A DNA stretch of 32,000 nt from Mycolicibacterium smegmatis (lineage in GTDB: Bacteria > Actinomycetota > Actinomycetes > Mycobacteriales > Mycobacteriaceae), in the NCBI RefSeq assembly GCF_001457595.1, contig NZ_LN831039.1:6420001-6452000 (forward strand), given 5' to 3'. Under the pieces are notes generated by a model. The model did not search any database. It was not told where the DNA came from and saw only the letters and a program-made list of their open reading frames with translations. Every line of letters starts with the position of its first letter. Within the stretch, counting starts at the first letter, position 1. This document shows positions 15,784-24,530 of the stretch, in pieces. The position numbers and the translations under genes are program-made.

Positions 15784-16761
15784 ATGCATGCAATTGTCGC
15801 CTCCGTGAACGGCGGGCTGAACTGGGAAAACGTAGCCAGTATCGCGCCAGCAAACGGTGAAGTTCTGATCAAGGTCCACACCGCAGGGATCAATCGCGCC
15901 GACTTGCTACAAGCCGCCGGGAAATATCCGCCCCCGCCGGGGGCAAGTGAGGTCATCGGGCTGGAGGTCTCCGGGACCGTCGAGGCGCTCGGCGACGGCG
16001 TGTCCGGGTGGTCCGTCGGGCAGCCCGTGTGCGCTCTGCTGGCGGGCGGCGGCTACGCCGAATACGTCGCCGTGCCCGCTCCGCAGGTTCTCCCCGTCCC
16101 CGACGGAGTGAGCCTGCGTGACGCGGCCGGTCTGCCCGAGGTGGCGTGCACGGTGTGGTCGAACGTCGTGATGACGGCGGGGCTGACGGCGGGCCATCTG
16201 CTTCTGGTGCACGGCGGCGCGAGCGGCATCGGCACACACGCCATCCAGGTGGCCAAGGCGATGGGTGCGCGCGTCGCGGTCACCGCGGGCTCCGAGGAAA
16301 AACTCGGAATCTGCCGCGACCTGGGTGCCGACATCACGATCAACTACCGCGAGGAAGACTTCGTCGAGCGGTTGCGCCGCGAGACCGACGGCGCCGACGT
16401 GATCCTCGACATCATGGGTGCGGCATACCTGGACCGAAATGTCGACGCGCTGGCGACCGGTGGCCGGCTCGTCATCATCGGCATGCAGGGCGGCGTCAAG
16501 GCCGAGCTCAACATCGGCAAGTTGCTGGGCAAGCGCGCCGGCGTCATCGCGACGTCACTGCGGCCGCGGCCGGTCGACGGGCCGGGAGGCAAGGGCGAGA
16601 TCGTGCGGGCCGTGCGCGAGAACGTGTGGCCGATGATCGCCGACGGCCGCGTGAAGCCCATCATCGGTGCCGAGCTGCCCATCGAGAACGCCCAGCAGGG
16701 CCACGATCTGCTGGCCTCCGGGAAGGTGACCGGGAAGGTCCTGCTGCGCGTCTCCGAATGA
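15784..16761 (+). CDS. NAD(P)H:quinone oxidoreductase, zinc-independent MDR family (Rv3777-like)
   Basis: I trimmed the ORF to the ATG at 15784 (MHAIVASVNGG). AGINRADLLQAAGKYPPPPGASEVIGLEVSG and the nucleotide motif VHGGASGIGTHAIQ. TACCGT lies 7 nt upstream of the ATG and no SD is present, so a leaderless transcript is possible. Confidence 0.88.
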   Translation: MHAIVASVNGGLNWENVASIAPANGEVLIKVHTAGINRADLLQAAGKYPPPPGASEVIGLEVSGTVEALGDGVSGWSVGQPVCALLAGGGYAEYVAVPAPQVLPVPDGVSLRDAAGLPEVACTVWSNVVMTAGLTAGHLLLVHGGASGIGTHAIQVAKAMGARVAVTAGSEEKLGICRDLGADITINYREEDFVERLRRETDGADVILDIMGAAYLDRNVDALATGGRLVIIGMQGGVKAELNIGKLLGKRAGVIATSLRPRPVDGPGGKGEIVRAVRENVWPMIADGRVKPIIGAELPIENAQQGHDLLASGKVTGKVLLRVSE

Positions 16762-16779
16762 CACCCCGGGCAGGCGTGA

Positions 16780-17976
16780 CTAGCCGAGGGAGGCCAGCGC
16801 CCGCACCAGCTGGTCGACCTCGGCGGTCGTCGAGTAGTGCGACAGGCCGATGGTCACCGCACCGCCGATGTCGTTGACACCGATGACGTCGAGCACGCGC
16901 GAGCTCGCGTTGGCGATCGCGAGCACGCCGTTGTCGGCCAGGCGCTGCACAACGCGCTCGGCCGGCACGTCGCGCACCGCGAAGCTGAGCACCGGGATGG
17001 AGGTCTCCGGGCTGCCGATCACCATCACCAGCGGCAGCGACCGCAGCGAGGTCTGCAGATAGTCGAACAGCCGGCTCAGGTAGACACCGGCGGATTGCAT
17101 TGAGATCTCGAGGCGTTCACGCCTGGTGCCGGATGCCGCCTCGTCGAGGTTGGACAGGTATTCGATGCTCGCGACAACTCCGGCCAGCAGCCCGTACTGG
17201 TGCACGCCGAGTTCGAGGCGGGCCGGACCGGTGGCGTAGGGGTTCAACGACACCGATCCGAACGAGTCGATCAGGGCCGGGTCGCGGAACACCAGGGCGC
17301 CGATCGGCGGACCACCCCAGCCGACGGCGTTGAGCGCGACGACGTCGGCCTCGATCTCGTTGACGTCGATGAGCCGGTAGGGCGCGGCTGCGGAGTGGTC
17401 GACCACGACGAGACCGCCGACCTCGTGTGTCAGCTTGGTCACCTCACGTAGGTCGGTGACGGTGCCCAGGGTGGACGACGCCGAAGCGATGGCCACCAGC
17501 CGGGTCGGCTTGTCGATGAGACCTTCCCACTGCCACGACGGCAGCTCACCGGTCTCGATGTCGACCTCGGCCCACTTCACCTTGGCGCCATAACGATTCG
17601 CCGCGCGCAGCCACGGCGCGATGTTCGCCTCGTCGTCGAGACGCGTCACCACCACCTCATAGCCCAGCCCGACGCGTGCCGACGACGCCTCGGCCAGCGA
17701 GGTCAGCAGATGGGCCCGGTCCGGGCCGAGGACCACGCCCCGCGGGTCCGCGTTGACGAGATCGGCTACCGCCTGGCGGGCCGCCGCGAGGACGGCGGCG
17801 CTGCGGCGAGCGGACGGGTGGGGGCCGAGTGCGCTTGGCATCGACCCGCGGAAAGCGGTGGAAACCGTGGTGGCGACCGCATCGGGTACCAACATCCCGC
17901 TCTGGGCGTCGAAATGCACCCACCCATCGCCCAGCGTTGGGTGCAAGCCACGCACCCGGGCGACGTCGTATGCCAT
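16780..17976 (-). CDS. Class-V PLP aminotransferase / cysteine-desulfurase-like protein (Rv3778c-like)
   Basis: I trimmed the ORF to the ATG at 17976 ([25 protein letters not shown]). At 398 aa its length and position match Rv3778c. Convergent with the quinone oxidoreductase. Confidence 0.82.
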   Translation of the reverse strand: MAYDVARVRGLHPTLGDGWVHFDAQSGMLVPDAVATTVSTAFRGSMPSALGPHPSARRSAAVLAAARQAVADLVNADPRGVVLGPDRAHLLTSLAEASSARVGLGYEVVVTRLDDEANIAPWLRAANRYGAKVKWAEVDIETGELPSWQWEGLIDKPTRLVAIASASSTLGTVTDLREVTKLTHEVGGLVVVDHSAAAPYRLIDVNEIEADVVALNAVGWGGPPIGALVFRDPALIDSFGSVSLNPYATGPARLELGVHQYGLLAGVVASIEYLSNLDEAASGTRRERLEISMQSAGVYLSRLFDYLQTSLRSLPLVMVIGSPETSIPVLSFAVRDVPAERVVQRLADNGVLAIANASSRVLDVIGVNDIGGAVTIGLSHYSTTAEVDQLVRALASLG

Positions 17977-18500
17977 GCCAGCCACCTTAAGAGCGTCCGC
18001 AACTACCACAAACTGCACGATGTGAAAGAGCCCCCGACCGTGCGTCTCGGCTGCCGAGGCCGCGCTCGGGACGGGTCGCCCTGGGCAGCCATACTAGTCC
18101 AGTGCGCTGCGGGTTCGGAGTGCTAATGGGTCTGCTGTTGCCGGACCATCCGCCGCGGTCATCGCCGGGGCGGCGGGCAGTGCACACCGGCGGCGACGGC
18201 AGTGGGCGTCTGCCTTGAGGTTCGGCGTCGTCGGGTTCAAGATCGGGCCGTTCGGCGCCCACACCGTGCCGTCGCAGGTCGCCACCACGGCGTTTGCTGA
18301 TCTTGCTTCCGATCACCCGGTGGAGGGTCTCCCCGGATTTCCTGACGCCGCCCCGGAATGCCGCCCTGGTCGTCGCGGCCGCACTGGCCTGCGCGGTGGC
18401 CCGGAGGCGCTCCACCTCGGTCACGTGATGACGAGCACCCCGGTGGCCGGGAGGTTCGTCATGCCCGACGGGCTAGTGTCGCTAGATACCTCACGGTCAA

Positions 18501-18527
18501 GGGAGAAGATCGTCGTGGGAGAAGATC
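18501..18527 (+). repeat. 11-nt direct repeat GGGAGAAGATC x2 (16-nt period) upstream of bpa
   Basis: Copies at 18501-18511 and 18517-18527 are exact. They lie 89-115 nt upstream of the bpa ATG. Confidence 0.6.
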
Positions 18528-18615
18528 CACGACAGCGGCGAGGATCACGGCGCGGATCGGATCCACCGCCGGCGTGAAGACGACCAACCGAACAACGACA
18601 GGTGACGGGAAGGCC

Positions 18616-19143
18616 ATGACCATCAATCCGGATGACGACAACATCGAGATCCTGACCGGTGCTGCGGGCGGTGCCGACACAGAAGGCGAGGGTGAGGGCG
18701 AGGGCAAGTCGCTCACCGACCTCGTCGAACAGCCGGCGAAGGTGATGCGCATCGGCACCATGATCAAGCAGCTGCTCGAGGAGGTGCGGGCCGCTCCGCT
18801 CGACGACGCGAGCCGCAACCGCCTGCGGGAGATCCACCAGACCAGCATCCGGGAGCTCGAAGACGGTCTCGCGCCCGAACTGCGCGAGGAGCTGGAGCGC
18901 CTCACGCTCCCGTTCACCGATGACAACGTGCCCAGCGACGCCGAGCTGCGCATCGCCCAGGCTCAGCTGGTCGGTTGGCTGGAGGGGCTGTTCCACGGCA
19001 TCCAGACGGCACTGTTCGCACAGCAGATGGCCGCGCGGGCCCAGCTGGAGCAGATGCGTCAGGGCGCGCTGCCACCCGGCATCCAGGTTCCCGGCGCCCA
19101 GCGTGGCGGCGCCACCCACCCCGGCACCGGGCAGTACCTGTAG
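18616..19143 (+). CDS. bpa: Bacterial proteasome activator Bpa/PafE (Rv3780 ortholog)
   Basis: I trimmed the ORF to the ATG at 18616, preceded by gggaagg. 175 aa. Disordered acidic N-terminus (TEGEGEGEGK), a helical core, and the diagnostic C-terminal GQYL proteasome-docking motif. Sits directly upstream of wzt as in M. tuberculosis. Confidence 0.92.
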   Translation: MTINPDDDNIEILTGAAGGADTEGEGEGEGKSLTDLVEQPAKVMRIGTMIKQLLEEVRAAPLDDASRNRLREIHQTSIRELEDGLAPELREELERLTLPFTDDNVPSDAELRIAQAQLVGWLEGLFHGIQTALFAQQMAARAQLEQMRQGALPPGIQVPGAQRGGATHPGTGQYL

Positions 19144-19150
19144 GACGCGC

Positions 19151-19960
19151 GTGACATCCTCTTCTGCACCGCGCATCGAGACGCGCGACGCATGGGTCGA
19201 GTTTCCGATCTTCGATGCCAAGACCCGCTCGTTGAAGAAGGCTTTCCTGGGCAAGGCCGGTGGTGCCATCGGCCGCAACCAGTCGAACGTCGTCGTCATC
19301 GAGGCACTGCGGGACATCACGATGTCGCTGGAGATGGGTGACCGGGTCGGCCTGGTCGGCCACAACGGCGCGGGCAAGTCGACGCTGCTGCGACTGCTGT
19401 CGGGCATCTACGAGCCCACACGGGGTTCGGCGACCGTCTCCGGCCGCGTCGCGCCCGTGTTCGATCTCGGCGTCGGGATGGACCCCGAGATCTCGGGGTT
19501 CGAGAACATCATCATCCGCGGTCTGTTCCTAGGGCAGACGCGCAAGCAGATGCTGGCAAAGGTCGACGAGATCGCCGAGTTCACCGAACTCGGCGAGTAC
19601 CTGTCGATGCCGCTGCGCACCTACTCCACCGGCATGCGCGTCCGCCTGGCCATGGGCGTGGTGACGAGCATCGACCCCGAGATCCTGCTGCTCGACGAGG
19701 GCATCGGCGCGGTCGACGCGGAGTTCCTCAAGAAGGCGCAGTCGCGCCTGCAGGACCTCGTGGAGCGCTCCGGGATCCTGGTGTTCGCAAGCCATTCCAA
19801 CGAGTTCCTGGCCCGGCTGTGCAAGACCGCGATGTGGATCGACCACGGCACCATCAGGATGACCGGCGGCATCGAAGAGGTCGTACGCGCCTACGAGGGT
19901 GAGGACGCCGCACGCCACGTGCGTGAAGTGCTCGAGGAAACCGCGCGTGACGCACACTGA
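19151..19960 (+). CDS. wzt: ABC transporter ATP-binding protein Wzt/RfbE (Rv3781-like, polysaccharide export type)
   Basis: GTG start at 19151. Walker A GHNGAGKST, signature YSTGMRVRLA, Walker B ILLLDEG, H-loop ASHS. 269 aa. Confidence 0.9.
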   Translation: MTSSSAPRIETRDAWVEFPIFDAKTRSLKKAFLGKAGGAIGRNQSNVVVIEALRDITMSLEMGDRVGLVGHNGAGKSTLLRLLSGIYEPTRGSATVSGRVAPVFDLGVGMDPEISGFENIIIRGLFLGQTRKQMLAKVDEIAEFTELGEYLSMPLRTYSTGMRVRLAMGVVTSIDPEILLLDEGIGAVDAEFLKKAQSRLQDLVERSGILVFASHSNEFLARLCKTAMWIDHGTIRMTGGIEEVVRAYEGEDAARHVREVLEETARDAH

Positions 19961-20855
19961 GGTCGTCTGTGCGGTCGTGGTGACCCACCGGCGTCGAGAA
20001 CTGCTGGCCACGTCGCTGGACGCCGTCGTCTCGCAGGACCGCAAACCCGACCACCTGATCGTCGTCGACAACGACAACGACCCGCAGGTGCGGGAACTGG
20101 TGACCGGCCAGCCCGTCCCGTCCACATATCTGGGGTCGCGCCGAAACCTCGGCGGCGCAGGTGGTTTCGCGTTGGGCATGCTGCATGCGCTGGCTCTCGG
20201 CGCCGACTGGATCTGGCTGGCCGACGACGACGGCAGGCCTGCCGACACGACCGTGCTCTCGACATTGCTGTCCTGCGCGCACACGCACAGCCTGGCCGAG
20301 GTCTCCCCCATGGTGTGCAACCTCGACGATCCGCAGCGCCTCGCGTTCCCGCTGCGCCGCGGTCTGGTGTGGCGCCGGCTCACCTCGGAACTGCGTACCG
20401 ACAGCTCGTCGTCATCGGGGGATCTGCTGCCGGGCATCGCGTCGCTGTTCAACGGCGCCCTGTTCCGCGCCGACACGGTCGACGCCGTCGGCGTCCCGGA
20501 TCTGCGGCTGTTCGTACGCGGCGACGAGGTGGAGTTGCACCGTCGCCTGGTCCGTTCCGGGCTGCCGTTCGGAACGTGTTTGACCGCAAGCTATCTGCAT
20601 CCTTGTGGCACCGACGAGTTCAAACCGATCCTCGGCGGGCGCATGCACACGCAGTACCCGGACGACGAGACCAAGCGGTTCTTCACCTACCGCAACCGCG
20701 GCTACCTGCTGTCACAGCCGGGTCTGCGCAAGCTCCTGCCGCAGGAGTGGCTGCGCTTCGGCTGGTACTTTCTGGTGTCACGCCGCGACCTCGCCGGTCT
20801 GCGTGAGTGGATTCGGCTGCGGCGGTTGGGAAGACGCGAAAGGTTCCAGCGATGA
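19947..20855 (+). CDS. glfT1: GT2 galactofuranosyltransferase GlfT1 (Rv3782-like)
   Basis: GTG at 19947 overlaps the wzt 3' end by 14 nt. VCAVVVTHRRRELL, VVDNDNDP, WLADDDGRP. 302 aa. Synteny is wzt-glfT1-wzm. Confidence 0.9.
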   Translation: MTHTEVVCAVVVTHRRRELLATSLDAVVSQDRKPDHLIVVDNDNDPQVRELVTGQPVPSTYLGSRRNLGGAGGFALGMLHALALGADWIWLADDDGRPADTTVLSTLLSCAHTHSLAEVSPMVCNLDDPQRLAFPLRRGLVWRRLTSELRTDSSSSSGDLLPGIASLFNGALFRADTVDAVGVPDLRLFVRGDEVELHRRLVRSGLPFGTCLTASYLHPCGTDEFKPILGGRMHTQYPDDETKRFFTYRNRGYLLSQPGLRKLLPQEWLRFGWYFLVSRRDLAGLREWIRLRRLGRRERFQR

Positions 20856-21682
20856 CGTTCACCGACGCGGCGGCGCAGTCGAAGACCATGGCCAGAGCCC
20901 GCCGCGACCTGGTCGAGGGTTTCGCCAAACGTGAACTGTGGGCCCACCTGGGCTGGCAGGACATCAAGCAGCGCTACCGCCGCAGCGTGCTCGGACCGTT
21001 CTGGATCACCATCGCCACCGGCGCGACCGCCGTGGCGATGGGCGTGCTGTACTCCAAGCTGTTCAAGCTCGAACTGTCCGAGCATCTGCCGTATGTGACG
21101 CTGGGCCTGATCATCTGGAACCTGATCAACGCGTCGATCCTCGAAGGCGCCGAGGTGTTCATCGCCAACGAGGGTCTGATCAAACAGCTTCCGACGCCGT
21201 TGAGCGTGCACGTCTACCGGCTGGTGTGGCGGCAGATCATCCTGTTCGCCCACAACATCATCATCTTCGTGATCATCGCGATCATCTATCCCAAACCGTG
21301 GACGTGGACCGATCTCGCGGTCATCCCGGCACTCGGGCTCATCATGCTCAACATGGTTTGGGTCGCACTGTGTTTCGGCATCCTGGCCACCCGCTACCGC
21401 GACATCGGGCCGCTGCTCGCCAGCGTCGTGCAGCTGCTGTTCTTCATGACGCCGATCATCTGGAACGAGTCGACGCTGCAGCAGCAGGGTGCGGGCTCGT
21501 GGGCCAAGATCGTCGAGATCAACCCGCTGCTGCACTATCTGGACATCGTGCGTGCTCCGCTGCTCGGCGCCGATCAGGAACTTCGGCACTGGCTGGTGGT
21601 CCTGGCGTTCACGGTGATCGGCTGGACGTTCGCGGCTTTCGCGATGCGCCAGTACCGCGGCCGCGTGCCCTACTGGGTCTGA
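20852..21682 (+). CDS. wzm: ABC-2 type transporter permease Wzm/RfbD (Rv3783-like)
   Basis: ATG at 20852 overlaps the glfT1 stop (ATGA). RELWAHLGWQDIKQRYRRSVLGPFW is the ABC-2 N-terminal signature. Six hydrophobic segments. 276 aa. Confidence 0.9.
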   Translation: MTFTDAAAQSKTMARARRDLVEGFAKRELWAHLGWQDIKQRYRRSVLGPFWITIATGATAVAMGVLYSKLFKLELSEHLPYVTLGLIIWNLINASILEGAEVFIANEGLIKQLPTPLSVHVYRLVWRQIILFAHNIIIFVIIAIIYPKPWTWTDLAVIPALGLIMLNMVWVALCFGILATRYRDIGPLLASVVQLLFFMTPIIWNESTLQQQGAGSWAKIVEINPLLHYLDIVRAPLLGADQELRHWLVVLAFTVIGWTFAAFAMRQYRGRVPYWV

Positions 21683-22074
21683 TCGAACGTGAAGAACCGC
21701 CCCGAGATCTCCTTCGGGGTGATGCGCACGTAGCGCCGTTTGGCCGGTGAGGTCCACAGCAGCAGTCCCGTCTGCTCGGCTTCGGCGATGTCCTCGGCGG
21801 TCTGCAGCAGTTCGGCGGTTCCGCGCACGATCACGCTCCAGCCGTCGGCGGCCGTGTGGGCGTCGGCCTCGAACAGCACGCGATCACTCATGATCGCGGT
21901 GATCAGCTTGGTGCCCTCGTTGGTGCGGAACAACACGGTGCGCTCCTGCACGGCGAAGTTCACCGGATAGATCTCCAGCCGTGTGCCGATGGTGGTGACG
22001 AACCGCCCGATCGGGACGCTCGCGAGCAGCCGCCAGCACTCGTTCTCGCTGAGCACTGACACCGGGCCGGCCAT
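21670..22074 (-). CDS. Pyridoxamine-5'-phosphate-oxidase-fold protein (PPOX / putative F420- or FMN-binding split barrel)
   Basis: 134 aa. LSENECWRLLASVPIGRFV...YPVNFAV.ERTVLFRT..GTKL pattern. The 3' end overlaps the wzm 3' end by 13 nt (convergent). Confidence 0.78.
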   Translation of the reverse strand: MAGPVSVLSENECWRLLASVPIGRFVTTIGTRLEIYPVNFAVQERTVLFRTNEGTKLITAIMSDRVLFEADAHTAADGWSVIVRGTAELLQTAEDIAEAEQTGLLLWTSPAKRRYVRITPKEISGRFFTFDQTQ

Positions 22075-22107
22075 GCGCCCAATCTAGCTTCGGTGGATCT
22101 GCCATAC

Positions 22108-22169
22108 CCGCGAGTGTGAAACCTCTGCGACTCCAACGCGGTTTTTTCGCTGAGGTTTCACACTCGCGG
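22108..22169. repeat. Perfect 18-bp inverted repeat with a 26-nt loop (candidate terminator or REP-like element)
   Basis: ccgcgagtgtgaaacctc (22108-22125) and gaggtttcacactcgcgg (22152-22169). The loop contains gcggttttttcgc. It lies 15 nt downstream of the CMD-family gene stop on the minus strand. Confidence 0.55.
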
Positions 22170-22183
22170 AAGGTCTGGGGGAT

Positions 22184-22645
22184 TCAGCGGCGCGGGAACG
22201 GCATCTTCACGGTGACGTTGATGCGGTTCCACGCGTTGATGGTCACAATCATCGCGATCAACTGACTGAGTTCGCGTTCGCTGAACACCGCGGCCGCACG
22301 TTCGTAGACGTCGTCAGACACCGGGCCGCGGTTGATCTCCGTCACGGCCTCGGTGAGCGCAAGTGCGGCCTGCTCACGCTCGGTGAACAGGTCACCGGCC
22401 TCCTCCCACGCCGCGATCAGCGCGAGCCGCTGCTCGGTCTCGCCCTGCTTGCGGGCGTCGCGCGTGTGCATGTCGAGGCAGAACCCGCAGCGGTTGATCT
22501 GCGACGCGCGGATCTTCACGAGCTCGCCGATGGTGTGGTCGAAATCCTTTGCGGACGTGGACGACAGCGTCATCATCGCGTCGTACAGCTCGGGGAACGC
22601 CTTGTAGACGTTGATGCGTTCGGCGGATTCGAGTGTCTGTGTCAT
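22184..22645 (-). CDS. Carboxymuconolactone decarboxylase (AhpD-like) family protein
   Basis: Only the last 153 codons of the listed 439-aa ORF are protein-like, starting at ATG 22645 (MTQTLESAERINVYK). CGFC (CxxC) within IRASQINRCGFCLDMHTRDA is the AhpD/CMD signature. Confidence 0.85.
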   Translation of the reverse strand: MTQTLESAERINVYKAFPELYDAMMTLSSTSAKDFDHTIGELVKIRASQINRCGFCLDMHTRDARKQGETEQRLALIAAWEEAGDLFTEREQAALALTEAVTEINRGPVSDDVYERAAAVFSERELSQLIAMIVTINAWNRINVTVKMPFPRR

Positions 22646-22694
22646 GACATCCACGCTAGCCATCAAAGGCCCGCCCAGGTGGTTCAATGTTGTA

Positions 22695-24104
22695 GTGACT
22701 TCACGGGCCAATTCTGGAGCTCGGGACCTCGAGCTGCACACCGTCATCACGCCGGGCAGCCGCACGGCCCGCGAAGACCTGGTCACCGCCCTGCGCGACG
22801 GCATCCGCTCGGGGCGCCTGGGCACCGGCACCGTACTGCCGCCGTCGCGCGTGCTGGCCGCCGACCTGGGACTGGCCCGCAACACCGTGGCCGAGGCGTA
22901 CGCCGACCTGGTCGCCGAGGGCTGGCTGGCCTCACGCCAGGGAGCGGGCACCTGGGTCGCGCGCACCGAGGCCCCGCGATTGACACCGCCGCCGCTGCGC
23001 ATCGCGGGCACGCCCAAGCACAACCTGATGCCGGGTTCGCCCGATGTCGCGGAGTTCCCGCGCACGGCGTGGCTGGCCTCCGCGCGCCGCGCACTGTCCA
23101 ACGCACCCGCGTCGGCACTGCGCATGGGCGATCCCCGCGGGCGGCTCGAATTGCGTTCGGCGCTGGCCGAATATCTGGGCCGCGTCCGCGGCGTGCGCAC
23201 CACATCGGAATCGATCGTGATCTGCTCGGGGGTGCGAAACGGCGTCGAACTGCTCGGCAAGGTGTTCGGGACACAGCGTTCCATCGCCGTGGAAGCGTAC
23301 GGGCTCTTCATTTTTCGCGATGCCCTCGCCGCGATGGGCATCGCCACGGCACCCATCGGCCTCGACGAACACGGCGCGGTGATCAGCGATCTCGACATGC
23401 TGGACGTACCCGCGGTGCTGCTGACCCCGGCACACCACAGCCCGCACGGCATGCCGCTGCACCCGTCGCGGCGCAGCGAGGTCATCGAGTGGGCGCGGCG
23501 CACCGGAGGCTACGTGATCGACGACGACTACGACGGCGAGTTCCGCTACGACCGCCAGCCCGTGGGCGCCCTGCAGTCGCTGGACCCCGAGCACGTCGCC
23601 TACCTGGGTTCGGCCAGCAAGAGCCTGGCGCAGACCCTGCGGGTGGGGTGGATGGCACTGCCACAGGCACTTGTCGAACCCGTGATCGCCGCGGCGGGCG
23701 GCCAGCAGTTCAACGTCGACGCCATCACGGCTCTGACGCTGGCCGACTTCATCGCCACGGGCGGTTACGACCGTCACATCCGGCGCATGCGCAACCGCTA
23801 CCGACGTCGCCGTGACCACCTGGTCGAGGCGCTGTCCGGCTTCGACGTCGGCATCCGCGGCCTGGCCGCGGGGGTCAACATGCTGCTCACCCTGCCCGAC
23901 GGCGCCGAACCCGAGGTGCTGCGCCGCGCGGGCGAGGCCGGCATCGCGCTGTCCGGCCTGGCGCTCATGCGTCACCCGCTGGCCCATCCAGACATCCCCG
24001 CCCCCGACGGCATCATCGTCGGGTTCGGCGCACCCGCCGAACATGCGTTCCGACCAGCGGTCGAGGCGCTGCGCGGCGTGCTGGAAGACGTCCTGTCCCC
24101 CTGA
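22695..24104 (+). CDS. MocR/PdxR-type regulator, GntR wHTH fused to a fold-type-I aminotransferase domain
   Basis: HTH segment LPPSRVLAADLGLARNTVAEAYADLVAEGWL. PLP-lysine region YLGSASKSLAQTLRVGW. I prefer the GTG at 22695. The in-frame ATG at 22644 would overlap the divergent CMD start codon. Confidence 0.82.
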   Translation: MTSRANSGARDLELHTVITPGSRTAREDLVTALRDGIRSGRLGTGTVLPPSRVLAADLGLARNTVAEAYADLVAEGWLASRQGAGTWVARTEAPRLTPPPLRIAGTPKHNLMPGSPDVAEFPRTAWLASARRALSNAPASALRMGDPRGRLELRSALAEYLGRVRGVRTTSESIVICSGVRNGVELLGKVFGTQRSIAVEAYGLFIFRDALAAMGIATAPIGLDEHGAVISDLDMLDVPAVLLTPAHHSPHGMPLHPSRRSEVIEWARRTGGYVIDDDYDGEFRYDRQPVGALQSLDPEHVAYLGSASKSLAQTLRVGWMALPQALVEPVIAAAGGQQFNVDAITALTLADFIATGGYDRHIRRMRNRYRRRRDHLVEALSGFDVGIRGLAAGVNMLLTLPDGAEPEVLRRAGEAGIALSGLALMRHPLAHPDIPAPDGIIVGFGAPAEHAFRPAVEALRGVLEDVLSP

Positions 24105-24122
24105 CCTCGCTAAGCTGCCGGG

Positions 24123-24530
24123 GTGGCCGAAACGACAGCACCCCGCCTGAGCCTGGGAACCCAGGCGTTCCGGTTCATCGTGACCGGTGGGCTGTCGGCG
24201 ATCGTCGACTTCGGCCTGTACGTGCTGCTGCTCGCGGCCGGGCTGCACGTCAACGTGGCCAAGACGCTCAGTTTCGTCGCGGGCACCACCACGGCGTACC
24301 TGATCAACCGGCGCTGGACGTTCCAGGCGCCACCCAGCAAGGCCCGGTTCATCGCGGTGTGCGTGCTGTACGCGGTGACCTACGCCGTGCAGGTGGGCAT
24401 CAACTACGTGTTCTACATGGCGTGGGACGAGAAGCCTTGGCGGGTGCCCGTTGCGTTCGTGATCGCGCAGGGCACCGCCACCGTCATCAACTTCATCGTC
24501 CAGCGCGCCGTGATCTTCCGTTTGCGCTAG
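24123..24530 (+). CDS. GtrA-family small membrane protein (Rv3789-like)
   Basis: 135 aa, GTG start. FRFIVTGGLSAIVDFGLYVLL...KTLSFVAGTTTAYLINRRWTF is the GtrA signature. Four TM segments. Confidence 0.85.
   Translation: MAETTAPRLSLGTQAFRFIVTGGLSAIVDFGLYVLLLAAGLHVNVAKTLSFVAGTTTAYLINRRWTFQAPPSKARFIAVCVLYAVTYAVQVGINYVFYMAWDEKPWRVPVAFVIAQGTATVINFIVQRAVIFRLR

Noticed and set aside
18358-18615. 86-codon N-terminal extension of bpa in the listed ORF 18358..19143
   Set aside because: The extension is Arg-rich and low-complexity. Bpa orthologs are about 175 aa, and an ATG with a gggaagg ribosome-binding site sits at 18616.
20702-21757. 351-aa minus-strand ORF, together with similar ones at 9873..10871, 22932..24248, 10657..11586, 29116..29988 and 19529..20476
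   Set aside because: All are antisense to genes with unambiguous family motifs (wzm, echA21, the MocR regulator, cutinase, lactonase, wzt/glfT1). Their composition is Arg/Gly/Asp/His-rich and non-protein-like.
22643-22646. Back-to-back overlapping start codons of the divergent CMD gene (CAT 22643-22645) and the MocR gene (ATG 22644-22646)
   Set aside because: The MocR wHTH begins well downstream, and an in-frame GTG at 22695 gives a typical N-terminus. The overlapping-ATG model would leave no promoter space and is probably an ORF-caller artefact. It remains untested.
22646-23503. N-terminal 286 codons of the listed 439-aa ORF 22184..23503 (-)
   Set aside because: Only the last 153 codons (from ATG 22645) look like a CMD/AhpD protein. 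The remainder is Arg/Ser/Pro-rich and antisense to the MocR-type regulator, whose frame carries clear motifs.
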